Translations under genes and position numbers: made by a program
Assembly: GCA_965223665.1 (NCBI GenBank)
Contig: OZ245011.1
Location: 32,001 to 96,000 of the forward strand
Length of the DNA: 64,000 bases
Source: Nitrospinaceae bacterium
GTDB taxonomy: Bacteria; Nitrospinota; Nitrospinia; Nitrospinales; Nitrospinaceae
Reading direction: 5' to 3'
Shown: positions 10,898 through 20,299 of the stretch, one piece after another
Position numbering within the stretch: the first letter of the stretch is position 1
Layout: the number at the start of each line of letters is the position of its first letter
Notes under the pieces: generated by a model
Databases searched by the model: none
What the model saw: the letters and a program-made list of their open reading frames with translations, nothing else
Told to the model about the DNA's origin: nothing

Positions 10898-11479
10898 TCA
10901 TTCTTCCAAACAGAATTTTTCCAAAACTGTATAAACGGGCCCTTGTCGGGTCAATTTACTTCTATATAAATTAATCTTTGAAATTTCAAAGGTTTTGAGT
11001 GGGGTAAGTTTGAATGTTTTAACTTCTTCGAGAAATCGATCCACATTTTTGGACGATTTGATTCTGGCAAGGGTTAAATGAGGGGAAAACTGTTTTTTTT
11101 CTTTCGGAAATCCTATTTCTTCAAGAGTCTTTTCTATAGACTGGTTTAATTGTTGAAGCTGATCCTCAGGGTCCTCGAGTCCAACCCAAAACACGCGAGG
11201 TCTCGAATAGTTTGGGAAAACTCCTGGCTCACTCAGTAAAACCTCAAATTTTTTTAAGTTTTTAATAATTGAATTTAGGTTTTTTCGAATTTGAGTTATG
11301 GATGAAGATTCTATATCACCCAAAAATTTTAAAGTGAGATGAATATTTTCCGGAGGGACCCAACGTGCGTGAATGTTTAAAGTTTTGAAATAGTTTTGAA
11401 ATTGAGATAAGTGCGCCTGTATTTCTTTTGGTAGTGGGATCGCAATAAAACATCGGATTTGATCAGAATTTATTGCCAT
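10898..11479 (-). CDS. thpR: RNA 2',3'-cyclic phosphodiesterase (2H family)
   Basis: Two HxT motifs (HLTLKFLG, PHLTLAR); upstream of recA. Confidence 0.92.
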   Translation of the reverse strand: MAINSDQIRCFIAIPLPKEIQAHLSQFQNYFKTLNIHARWVPPENIHLTLKFLGDIESSSITQIRKNLNSIIKNLKKFEVLLSEPGVFPNYSRPRVFWVGLEDPEDQLQQLNQSIEKTLEEIGFPKEKKQFSPHLTLARIKSSKNVDRFLEEVKTFKLTPLKTFEISKINLYRSKLTRQGPVYTVLEKFCLEE

Positions 11480-11513
11480 ATTACTTTAAAAATTTGGGAG
11501 CAGGAAAAAATAG

Positions 11514-12596
11514 TTAGCTCTCTTGGGCTTTTACCTCATTTGCCAAGTGAATTGTAGAAGTGGGGAATGCGCATTCCGCACCTTCATCATCAATGATTTT
11601 AATTATTTTTAGCATGATGTCCTGTTTAATTTCATGAAAGCGAACCCACTTGGTCGTTTTGGTAAATGTGTAAACAAAAAAATCCAGGGAGGAAGGAGCA
11701 AATGCGTTAAAGTTGACTATCAAAGTTTGGTTGGTGTCGATTTCCGGATGATTCTGCAGCATTTCTTTAACCTTTGAAACAATGATTTCCATTTTTGAGG
11801 CATCATCGTACCGAATTCCTATGGTTTCATAGATTCTTCGGTTTCGCATTCTTTGAGGATTTTCTACAGCAATATTGGCAAAGATTGAGTTGGGTACATA
11901 GAGGGGACGTTTGTCAAAGGTACGAATTCGAGTTTGCCGCCAACCAATTTTCTCAACGGTGCCTTCAATATTTCTATCAGGAGATCGCACCCAATCTCCA
12001 ACCGAAAAAGGTCGATCAAGATAAATCATCAATCCGCCAAAAAAATTTGCTAATAAGTCCCGGGCGGCAAAGCCTATAGCAATTCCACCAATACCTCCAA
12101 AAGCCAATACTCCAGAAATACTAAAGCCCATGGTTTGAAGGACCACTAAAACTGCTGTGATGACCACTGATACCTTTAACAATTTTGCAATAGCATCCAC
12201 GGTGGTGGGATCAACATCTTTATCCGAATGGATAAAATTATTTTCTGCGCGCTTAATAAATTGAACCAAAAACCAGGCAAAGGCAAAAATAATTAATGCA
12301 TCTCGAATAGGGCCCGCGGCACTAAATAACTCTGCTCCTGTTGATTTTTTGATGATTTGGGTGGCGAAATAAATACCGCAAACCCAGATGATTACACTTA
12401 TGGGTTTTTTAATCGAAAAAAAGAATGCGTCATCCCAAAGGTTTTTGGTGTTTTCAACCTTTTTTAGGATGCGATTAAAAATGGCTCTCTGAAAAAAGTC
12501 CAACAGGAGAGCGACAAAAATAACAACAAATACTTGAAGAATATAATTATTATCTTTGGTCAAAAAACCGATTATCTTTTCCGGACTGATTTCCAT
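11514..12596 (-). CDS. MscS-family mechanosensitive channel
   Basis: GGIGGIAIGFAARDLLANFFGG, RPFSVGDW, YVPNS. Confidence 0.93.
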   Translation of the reverse strand: MEISPEKIIGFLTKDNNYILQVFVVIFVALLLDFFQRAIFNRILKKVENTKNLWDDAFFFSIKKPISVIIWVCGIYFATQIIKKSTGAELFSAAGPIRDALIIFAFAWFLVQFIKRAENNFIHSDKDVDPTTVDAIAKLLKVSVVITAVLVVLQTMGFSISGVLAFGGIGGIAIGFAARDLLANFFGGLMIYLDRPFSVGDWVRSPDRNIEGTVEKIGWRQTRIRTFDKRPLYVPNSIFANIAVENPQRMRNRRIYETIGIRYDDASKMEIIVSKVKEMLQNHPEIDTNQTLIVNFNAFAPSSLDFFVYTFTKTTKWVRFHEIKQDIMLKIIKIIDDEGAECAFPTSTIHLANEVKAQES

Positions 12597-12713
12597 TTTG
12601 AAAATTTTACTTTTGTAAGTTTGGGTTAAACAAGAGGTCTATTTTACCAAATTCAATTTAATTTAGGCGGGGATTTTATGTCGGGGATATGAAATTTTAT
12701 TGGTAAGAAATAA

Positions 12714-12989
12714 CTATTTTAAAAATTTTGTCCAATCTGAAACTTCTTTAAGCCGAGGGGCATAATCTACATCATCCAGGGAAGATCTATTGAAAATCCT
12801 TGAAAATGAGTTGGAAATCTTTTCTTTTGTTAATTCGAAAAAAGAAGGGCTGTTTTCAAAATACTGTTTTATCATTTGACGCCTTAAAACGGCCTTGTAA
12901 ACCTGAGGACTAAGGTTGCCTTGGCTAAGCCTGTGACTTAAAATACGCAACCCGCCAGAATTCAAATAATATCTTGATACTTTATTCAT
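12714..12989 (-). CDS. Hypothetical protein, 91 aa
   Basis: ATG ORF filling an otherwise empty gap; no recognisable motif. Confidence 0.55.
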   Translation of the reverse strand: MNKVSRYYLNSGGLRILSHRLSQGNLSPQVYKAVLRRQMIKQYFENSPSFFELTKEKISNSFSRIFNRSSLDDVDYAPRLKEVSDWTKFLK

Positions 12990-13112
12990 AAAAATTAATT
13001 CGGAAAATTAGGGGGAAATATTGGCTTCTATCCGTTAAATTAAATTGTAAGGATAAATTTATGTAATCTTCGGGGTAATCTTGTTAGATTTCCCAATTAA
13101 TTAGAGTATCGG

Positions 13113-13919
13113 ATGACTTTTTACAAAGCATTAGCAATGTGTTTGGTTGTAAGCAGTTTTATTTCTGGGTGTGGAACCGGGATAAATGAAAATGAAATTG
13201 AAGCTGTTGTGGTAAACATGCATTCTGATTTGGGATTTAAACCTCCAAAAAGGAAAACGATTTCCGAAGAATTTAACAATAAGGCAACACAGTCTTCTTT
13301 GTCAGAAAAAAATGTAGAAGCTATTTTGCCGCATAATAAAATTCCTGATTCTAAATTTAATTCTGATTTGAATTATCAAAATTTAGAGCGATACGAGTTT
13401 TTGACTTCATTTCACCGCGATTCCTTAAATAAAAAGTATTACCCCACGAAAGGACATGAGAAGAAGAAATTGGAGAAGAGAGACGGGATTTATAAAATGG
13501 AAAAGCCTATCGTATTAGCAGGTAAAGGGTTTAATATAAAAACATTTGAGCATCATGCTTCGGGTCGAATAAAAATGAACCCCAGGCGATTTTTAATTTC
13601 TAGGTCTCCAGTGATTCCTGAAAAAGCATTAGAAGAACATATGGATCCAAATGATGAAAACCTTAAAGCTTATAGACCTATAATTTTTCATAGTAGGGCA
13701 ACAGGATTTAATTCAACAATTAAACAGAATCATATTCAAGAAGCAGAATCATCTTTAAAGTATCAAGTACCTCAAGCCAGACCTATTTCCCATTCGAAAG
13801 TGTTAATGTACCGAGAAGAAAAAGCTGATGTGAAATTGAAGCCCAGCCTCCAAAAAATAGATCTTTTAAAAGGAGACCAAAGTATAAATAAAAGGGATTT
13901 TTATAATCTTCCTCAATAA
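13113..13919 (+). CDS. Hypothetical lipoprotein
   Basis: Signal peptide with lipobox-like FISG-C; remainder hydrophilic and unrecognised. Confidence 0.6.
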   Translation: MTFYKALAMCLVVSSFISGCGTGINENEIEAVVVNMHSDLGFKPPKRKTISEEFNNKATQSSLSEKNVEAILPHNKIPDSKFNSDLNYQNLERYEFLTSFHRDSLNKKYYPTKGHEKKKLEKRDGIYKMEKPIVLAGKGFNIKTFEHHASGRIKMNPRRFLISRSPVIPEKALEEHMDPNDENLKAYRPIIFHSRATGFNSTIKQNHIQEAESSLKYQVPQARPISHSKVLMYREEKADVKLKPSLQKIDLLKGDQSINKRDFYNLPQ

Positions 13920-14095
13920 AGTAATAAAGAGGAAAATGCCTAGGTAGATTTTCTAAACCAGAAAAATACAATCCAAAATATAAGGACGAATATCCAGACT
14001 AAAATTCGTCGTGGAGAACTGATTCGCGATTGTTTATTTTTTTGCTTGGAATTCGAATAGGTAGGCTCAGTATTGTTTGATTTCATTTTAAACTT

Positions 14096-15136
14096 TTATG
14101 GGGTTTTTGCACAGCGAAAGCCAAAGCTGTTATTTTTTACTTCAGGATTAAAAAAGCTTCGATTAAAGGTAGGTGCGCTAATTCCACATCCATAGGATAA
14201 GCAGTCAAACCAAGAACCGCCTTTTAAAACTCTTTTGTCTTTACCATACTCCGCTTTTGGAATTGTATTTCCCGGGTGAGGTAAATAGTAAGCGTCGACC
14301 CATTCCCAAACGTTACCGGACATGTCAAAAAGACCATATGGACTTCGGCCTTCCGGGTAGGAACCCACGGGTTCAGTTCCGGTTGAGTTTTTGTAAGGAT
14401 TGTTGGATTTATTTACATCCCAAACATGTCCCCAAGGATAAATATTCCCGTCCAGGCCCCTTGCCGCCTTTTCCCATTCTTGCTCATTGGGTAAGCGCTT
14501 GTCTTTCCATTTGCAGTAGTCGTGGGCATCAAACCAGCTGACATATACAACAGGGTGCTTTTCTTTACCAGGTGGGATATTCCCTTGTGGCCAATGGTGT
14601 GGAGTTTTCCTTTGAGTGGCATCCACAAAAGCTTTATAGTCTTCGTTTGTGACTTCATAAGTATCTATGAAAAATGCGTCTGTTTGACTTATATGTTCAG
14701 GAGATTCATCATCCCATCGCTCATTAGAACCCATAATGAACTCGCCAGCTTCAATGAAAGCCATACCAGGTACTTTAGAATGATTGGCTTTTTTTTGCTT
14801 TTTTAAACTTTTTTTAGAAGCTAAAGAAGGGGGACGGTAAGAGTTCATGCGTTGGTTCGGATGGACATTTTCCAAAAGAATAAATGATTTTGGCTTGTTA
14901 AATGGACTTTGGTTTTTCTTGTCCGTGTTCTCCAAATGGCAAGATTTGCATTTTTCATCCTGGGTTTTATTTTCTTTTGCCTTTAGAATATTTTCAGGTA
15001 AGTGGCATCTGGTGTTGCAAGATTGTTTGTTGTTTTTAAAATTCTCAAATGCTTCCAAATTAATTGGAACCCACATAAAAGCAATGAAAATTATCGATGT
15101 AAGAATAAGTTTGTTATTTGAAGTGATTCGATTCAT
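14096..15136 (-). CDS. Exported FGE-sulfatase (SUMF1/EgtB/PvdO-fold) protein with N-terminal CxxxCH and CxxCH motifs
   Basis: FIMGS, EVTN, HPVVYVSWFDA, RLPNEQEWEKAARG, DMSGNVWEW, KGGSW and GFRC motifs; CNTRCH and CKSCH near the N-terminus. Confidence 0.88.
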   Translation of the reverse strand: MNRITSNNKLILTSIIFIAFMWVPINLEAFENFKNNKQSCNTRCHLPENILKAKENKTQDEKCKSCHLENTDKKNQSPFNKPKSFILLENVHPNQRMNSYRPPSLASKKSLKKQKKANHSKVPGMAFIEAGEFIMGSNERWDDESPEHISQTDAFFIDTYEVTNEDYKAFVDATQRKTPHHWPQGNIPPGKEKHPVVYVSWFDAHDYCKWKDKRLPNEQEWEKAARGLDGNIYPWGHVWDVNKSNNPYKNSTGTEPVGSYPEGRSPYGLFDMSGNVWEWVDAYYLPHPGNTIPKAEYGKDKRVLKGGSWFDCLSYGCGISAPTFNRSFFNPEVKNNSFGFRCAKTP

Positions 15137-15248
15137 AGATTTTTTTAAGCTATTAATCTTAAAAACTTTTAATATTATTCTTTCTTTAGATTCTATAAAA
15201 TGCCAAAGTGCTAGTCAAAGTGCAAATATTTAAGAGGGCTTTATTTAA

Positions 15249-16076
15249 TTGAACAATTGGCGATGGATAGATGATGGTGCACAGGATGGCGTTAAAAATA
15301 TGGCAACAGACCTTGCCTTACTAAAATCTTGTGAAAAAAATATTGCCGGTCCAACTCTCAGGTTTTATAAATGGTCTCAACCGACAATTTCTATCGGAAA
15401 TTTTCAGAAAGTAGAAAATGACCTGGATTTGAGTCAATGTGTCCAAAAAAATATTTTAGTAGTTCGTCGACCCACTGGGGGACGAGCGATCTTGCATTCA
15501 GATGAAGTAACATACAGTGTGGCAGCTCCAAATTCTCATCCGGATTTTTCTAAAGGTATAAAACAGACTCATTTTATTATAAGCCAGGCTTTGATTTCTG
15601 GTTTAAAAGAATTAGGAGTATGTGACGCCGGAATTAAATATAAAACCAAATGTGATAACACAGGAAATCAAGATCGATCCCCAGCATGTTTTTCAACATT
15701 AAATCATTGTGAGATTGCGGTGAGAGGCAAAAAGCTTATTGGGAGTGCACAGAAACGAACACGTAAAGCTTTCTTGCAGCACGGGTCCATTTTGCTGGGT
15801 TTTAATTCTGAGGAGCTATCAACCCTTTTAAAATTTAAAAATGAAAAAATGCGCGATGATTTCAACATTAAATTGAATAATTCGATCACGGCTTTAAACC
15901 ATTTGGGTATTTCAGTTTTTACATATCATCAAGTTTTAAAAGCTATATTGAAGGGATTTCAAAAGATTTTTCCGGGAGATTGGAAAGAAGGTAGCTTGAG
16001 TAATGATGAGAAGGCTATTGTAAACAAAAGTTTTGAAAAATGGAATGAAACATTTCCTGTAGAAGCGATTATTTAA
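15249..16076 (+). CDS. Lipoate-protein ligase / octanoyltransferase (LipM-like), TTG start
   Basis: NMATD, LRFYKW, RRPTGGRAILH, KLIGSAQ and LQHGS motifs. Confidence 0.9.
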   Translation: MNNWRWIDDGAQDGVKNMATDLALLKSCEKNIAGPTLRFYKWSQPTISIGNFQKVENDLDLSQCVQKNILVVRRPTGGRAILHSDEVTYSVAAPNSHPDFSKGIKQTHFIISQALISGLKELGVCDAGIKYKTKCDNTGNQDRSPACFSTLNHCEIAVRGKKLIGSAQKRTRKAFLQHGSILLGFNSEELSTLLKFKNEKMRDDFNIKLNNSITALNHLGISVFTYHQVLKAILKGFQKIFPGDWKEGSLSNDEKAIVNKSFEKWNETFPVEAII

Positions 16077-16110
16077 AACCAAAATTATTCTCCACCAATA
16101 ATTTCATTTT

Positions 16111-17367
16111 ATGTTTCCATTTAGGGTGCTCCCATTCATATTTGTATTAATTATTTTTTCTCAATTTATTAATTTAGGTTGTAGTAAAAAGAAAATTTTT
16201 AGAGAAGACCCTCAAACGCAGAGCTATAAAAATTATACTGACAGATTTTTTAAAAACCTACCCAGTGGAATCCAGCAAGCTAGTTTTTCTTTTTTAAACA
16301 AAGATTCCAACGTTGATCTTGCATTGTTGTATAAAAATGATTCAGGAAAACCTTTTATAAAAATTTGGGTAAATAATAATAACATTAAATTTGTACCCGT
16401 AAAGAGAATTGGGTGGGAAGGCCAGATAGGAGACCAAATTACTTCCATGGTAGTTGGGGACCTGGATCATGATTTTTCTGCGGATGTGATCTTAACTGGA
16501 AAATTCTCGGACGGAACTTTAGCCAAGCTTTTGTTCAATAATGGAAAAGGTTATTTTTATTCCAGACATAATGTTGAATTGCCACCGCTTCAAAAGGGTA
16601 TTGAGAAAGTTGATTTAGTGGATTTGGATCAGGATGGGCATAAGGATTTACTTTTTTTTGGAAAACGGGTTACCCGGAAAAATGGTGACATGAGCGACTA
16701 TCATGCCCAGCTTTTTTTGAATAATGGGAAAGGTGAATTTAAGGATATGACGGACCTTTTATTGCCGCCCCTTCCTCCTGGTATCGTAGGTACTTCTTTT
16801 GCGGATTATGATGGAGACGCTTCAATTGATATTTTCCTTGTGGTCGATAAAGGTCAGAATCGTTTGTTGTTAAATAATGGCCATGGAAAATTTCAGGATC
16901 GCACCAGTGATTTATTGCCTTTTATAAAAGATGAAAGCGTATTTGCGGATTGGGCGGATTTTGATTTAGACGGGGATAATGATTTGCTAGTGGTAAATAG
17001 AAAAATTCGAAAAAGTAATCAGACTTTTGAAAATGAATATTGTTATATGCTAGTAAATATTGGAAGAGGTTACTTTAAGAAAGGACCTCTGAAAGTACTT
17101 CCGCGGTATCCATCTAAAGCGGTTTACTTATTAGATGCCAATGACTCCGAAATTCCCGATGCAATTATTTTGAGTGAAAAAGGAATTCATTTTCTTCGAG
17201 GAATTGGTAAGTGGAGATTTGCAAGAGAATCCAAAAAGCGTCTTCCTAATAATGTTTTTTTTAAAGGTTTAACCTTTGGAGATGTAAATGGAGATTCCTT
17301 CCTGGACATTTTTGGATTTTCAGAAAAGTCTGGAAAAGGTTTGCTTTGGGTAAACACATTTGAATGA
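16111..17367 (+). CDS. FG-GAP/VCBS-repeat lipoprotein (integrin-like beta-propeller)
   Basis: Lipobox NLG-C; repeated DxDxDGxxD loops with LxxNNGxGxF. Confidence 0.85.
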   Translation: MFPFRVLPFIFVLIIFSQFINLGCSKKKIFREDPQTQSYKNYTDRFFKNLPSGIQQASFSFLNKDSNVDLALLYKNDSGKPFIKIWVNNNNIKFVPVKRIGWEGQIGDQITSMVVGDLDHDFSADVILTGKFSDGTLAKLLFNNGKGYFYSRHNVELPPLQKGIEKVDLVDLDQDGHKDLLFFGKRVTRKNGDMSDYHAQLFLNNGKGEFKDMTDLLLPPLPPGIVGTSFADYDGDASIDIFLVVDKGQNRLLLNNGHGKFQDRTSDLLPFIKDESVFADWADFDLDGDNDLLVVNRKIRKSNQTFENEYCYMLVNIGRGYFKKGPLKVLPRYPSKAVYLLDANDSEIPDAIILSEKGIHFLRGIGKWRFARESKKRLPNNVFFKGLTFGDVNGDSFLDIFGFSEKSGKGLLWVNTFE

Positions 17368-17486
17368 TTGATAAATCGCTTTTTCTAAAATTTAAAAATA
17401 TTCTAAATTGATAGTGATTTGTCTCAGGATTTTAGAAAGCCGATATCTGGTTTGAAAAATGATTTTAAATTAATTAAGGAAATAAA

Positions 17487-18383
17487 ATGGCATCGTATAA
17501 AAACATCACTTTTTTAAAAGTTTTAGCCGTAATTGCCTGGGCGGACGGAGAAATAAGCGAGTCAGAAAAAAATATATTAAAAAAGTTCTACCGAAAATTT
17601 GGTTTAGACAAACAAAAGTTATCTGAATTAAGTCCTTATTTAAACGCCCCTATCCCCAAAAAGGATCAGGAGCAGTTGTTTAAACAGTTGGCAGCAGAAT
17701 TAGGAAGCAAGGCAGATAAGAAAATGGTTTCTGATGCTTTAAGTGAGATGGCAAATGCAGATAATAAAGTGACTTCTGAAGAGAAAAAATTGTTAGAAGA
17801 ATTTTCTCAAGTGCTTCAAAAGTCCAATTTTACCAAACGGTCCTTTGGGAAAATTCGCAATTTTTTTCATGGAAAAATTTTTAAGCCGGCTCGTGAAAGA
17901 AATCCTGAGCTAAATAAATATTTTAAAAATATTGTTTTGAAACAATTGGAAATCAAGAAAGGAAATTCGAAAATTAATTTAGATGAGGATGATGTTTATT
18001 TTATCTGTTTGTTTGGGACTTTGCTGGCTTCCGTGGCTCATGTTGACGACCATTTCGAAGAGAGTGAGAAAAAAGCCGTGAAAGGTATATTAAGAGAGCG
18101 ATTTGAGTTTTCAGTTTCTGATTTGAAATTTTTATTTCAAGTGATTGAAGGGCAAGCTAAATCTGGGTTTGATTTTCATGAAGTTGTTTCAGAGTTCAAT
18201 CGATTGTACTCTTATAATGACCGCGAAAAAACGGTGGATTGTTTTTTTGCCGTAGCTGGAGCCGATGGGAATGTATCTCATGAGGAATCGGAAGAGATAA
18301 GAAGAATAACAAAGGCTATGCATATTCCTCATTCGGTGTTTAAGGAAGCCAAGAAAAAGATCCTAAAACAAATTCGTGACTAA
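17487..18383 (+). CDS. Tandem TerB-family domain protein
   Basis: Repeated ADG..S..E motifs (AWADGEISESE, ANADNKVTSEE, AHVDDHFEESE, AGADGNVSHEE). Confidence 0.85.
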   Translation: MASYKNITFLKVLAVIAWADGEISESEKNILKKFYRKFGLDKQKLSELSPYLNAPIPKKDQEQLFKQLAAELGSKADKKMVSDALSEMANADNKVTSEEKKLLEEFSQVLQKSNFTKRSFGKIRNFFHGKIFKPARERNPELNKYFKNIVLKQLEIKKGNSKINLDEDDVYFICLFGTLLASVAHVDDHFEESEKKAVKGILRERFEFSVSDLKFLFQVIEGQAKSGFDFHEVVSEFNRLYSYNDREKTVDCFFAVAGADGNVSHEESEEIRRITKAMHIPHSVFKEAKKKILKQIRD

Positions 18384-18428
18384 TGGTGGTTGAGCATAAG
18401 CATTTCAGGTTTAAGTTTATGGTGGGAG

Positions 18429-18614
18429 ATGGCTGAAAAATTTCAAAACAAGAAGTTTATCGGAATAAACTTTCAATGCTGTAATGTTTATAAGCGAATT
18501 TATATTAATAAAGACAAAAATGCTTATGAGGGAAATTGCCCTAAATGTTACCGAAAGGTAAAAGTATTAATTGGTGCCAATGGAACCGACCAACGCTTTT
18601 TTGATGCACATTAA
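18429..18614 (+). CDS. Small Cys-rich (Zn-ribbon-like) hypothetical protein
   Basis: ATG at 18429 after a GG-rich RBS; FIGINFQCCNVYKRIY...YEGNCPKC. Confidence 0.7.
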   Translation: MAEKFQNKKFIGINFQCCNVYKRIYINKDKNAYEGNCPKCYRKVKVLIGANGTDQRFFDAH

Positions 18615-18635
18615 ATCTTCAATATTTTTTTCTAA

Positions 18636-19073
18636 ATGAAAATTGTTTTGCAAAGGGTTGCTGCTTCGACTGTATTTGTAGAGGGGAAAGAGGTTTCCCG
18701 AATTGGTAAGGGATTAATGATTTTATTAGGTGTGGAAAAAGGGGATGAAAAAGAGGCGGTGGATTATCTGGTAGAAAAAGTATTAAATCTAAGAATATTT
18801 GCGGATGAAAATGGAAAAATGAATTTGTCCTGCCTTGATATTCAGGGTAAGGTATTGGTGGTATCCCAATTTACTTTGGCTGGAGATTGCTCCAAAGGGC
18901 GAAGACCCGGATTTGATAATGCCGCACCCCCGGATTTGGCATTAGATTTATACAAGTATTTTCTTGAGCAAGTTTCTCGTTCTGGATTAGATGTCCAAGA
19001 AGGAAAGTTTGGAGCTAATATGCAGGTTGAAATTCAAAACGATGGGCCTGTAACATTTTTATTGGAGCGTTAG
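18636..19073 (+). CDS. dtd: D-aminoacyl-tRNA deacylase
   Basis: LQRV, SQFTL and NDGPVT motifs. Confidence 0.97.
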   Translation: MKIVLQRVAASTVFVEGKEVSRIGKGLMILLGVEKGDEKEAVDYLVEKVLNLRIFADENGKMNLSCLDIQGKVLVVSQFTLAGDCSKGRRPGFDNAAPPDLALDLYKYFLEQVSRSGLDVQEGKFGANMQVEIQNDGPVTFLLER

Positions 19074-19084
19074 TTGCGCTCAAA

Positions 19085-20239
19085 TTAACTATCCTTGGAT
19101 CTTAGCAGTTCATCCAAATCCATCCTAGAAATTTTGTATTTGCTGAGAAAAATATCAATATTTTTTTCGCAGTTTTCAGCCATTTCAATTTTATTTTGTT
19201 CTTTGTAGAGTTTGGCTGATATAGACATATTGATTAATGCTTTTTTTCCTTCCTTATTGTAATCATATAATAAAGCTAAATTATAATAGCCATCAACCAA
19301 TCTGGGGTTTAAATTGATCGCCATGTGATACATATCAATAGCTTCTACATATTTTTTTGTGATGTCATATAGTTCGCCCAAAGCATATCTTGTTAGGGCG
19401 TTGGAGGGATCGAGAGTAGCAGATTTTTCATAATTAATGATGGATTTCTCGTAATTTTTTATTTCTTTTTGAGCAAACCCCAAGCCTGAATAGATTTTAG
19501 CATCCGATGGATTGAGGTCTTTGGCTAAATTAAAATATTCTATTGCTTGAGAAAAGTTTTTTAACCTTGAGTAATAAGCACCTAGATTATAATATGCAGT
19601 TGAATGATTGGGGTTTGCTTGAATAGCCGCATTAAAGACATCCTTGGCGTTTCTTTTCATACCAAAAATTTCAAAAAGAATTCCTAAATTATTATAAGAA
19701 TCTGCAGATTCTGAGTTCAAGGAAAACGCTTTCTCTAATTCCATTAAGGCGTTTTGATAATCTCCTAAATTTTTATAAGCAACGGCCAGGTTGTTGTGAA
19801 TGGTTACATTTGCAAGTTTAGTTTGAGCAACAGGAGATAGAAGCTCCACCGCTTGAGCATATCTTTGTGTAGAAATATAAACACCGCTCAAATTTGCTAG
19901 TGTTTTTAGGTCTTTAGGTTTTAAAAGTAAAGATTTTTTAAGCCATTTTTTAGATTCTTTATAGTCCTTTAACTGATAAAGTGCCCAACCTAACTCACGA
20001 TGTCCTTCCGCATGATTTTTGTTTAGTCGGACTACATCTTTAAACTGACTTGCTCCTGCTTCGAAAAGACCCGACCTTAAGTATGCGTAACCCAGTTGAT
20101 AATGAGCATCCACATCATATGGGTTTTTGTGCACTTTCTTTTTAAAATATTTTATCTGGCCTTTGATTGATTCCGGTTTGGAATTGCAAGAAAGAACAAA
20201 AATTGAAAGTAAAACAACTATTCCGAATAAGGGCTTCAT
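19085..20239 (-). CDS. Tetratricopeptide-repeat lipoprotein
   Basis: Lipobox VLS-C; about 9 TPR repeats (e.g. AYYNLG...AI...NP). Confidence 0.88.
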   Translation of the reverse strand: MKPLFGIVVLLSIFVLSCNSKPESIKGQIKYFKKKVHKNPYDVDAHYQLGYAYLRSGLFEAGASQFKDVVRLNKNHAEGHRELGWALYQLKDYKESKKWLKKSLLLKPKDLKTLANLSGVYISTQRYAQAVELLSPVAQTKLANVTIHNNLAVAYKNLGDYQNALMELEKAFSLNSESADSYNNLGILFEIFGMKRNAKDVFNAAIQANPNHSTAYYNLGAYYSRLKNFSQAIEYFNLAKDLNPSDAKIYSGLGFAQKEIKNYEKSIINYEKSATLDPSNALTRYALGELYDITKKYVEAIDMYHMAINLNPRLVDGYYNLALLYDYNKEGKKALINMSISAKLYKEQNKIEMAENCEKNIDIFLSKYKISRMDLDELLRSKDS

Positions 20240-20299
20240 ACTTCCATTGTCGCAGGAAGATGAGTAAGACTCAATAACTTGGGTAGGTTAAAATAAAAA

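Noticed and set aside
17439-17446. GCCGATAT sigma28-like -10 upstream of the TerB gene
   Set aside because: No TAAA-like -35 at the 15-nt spacing
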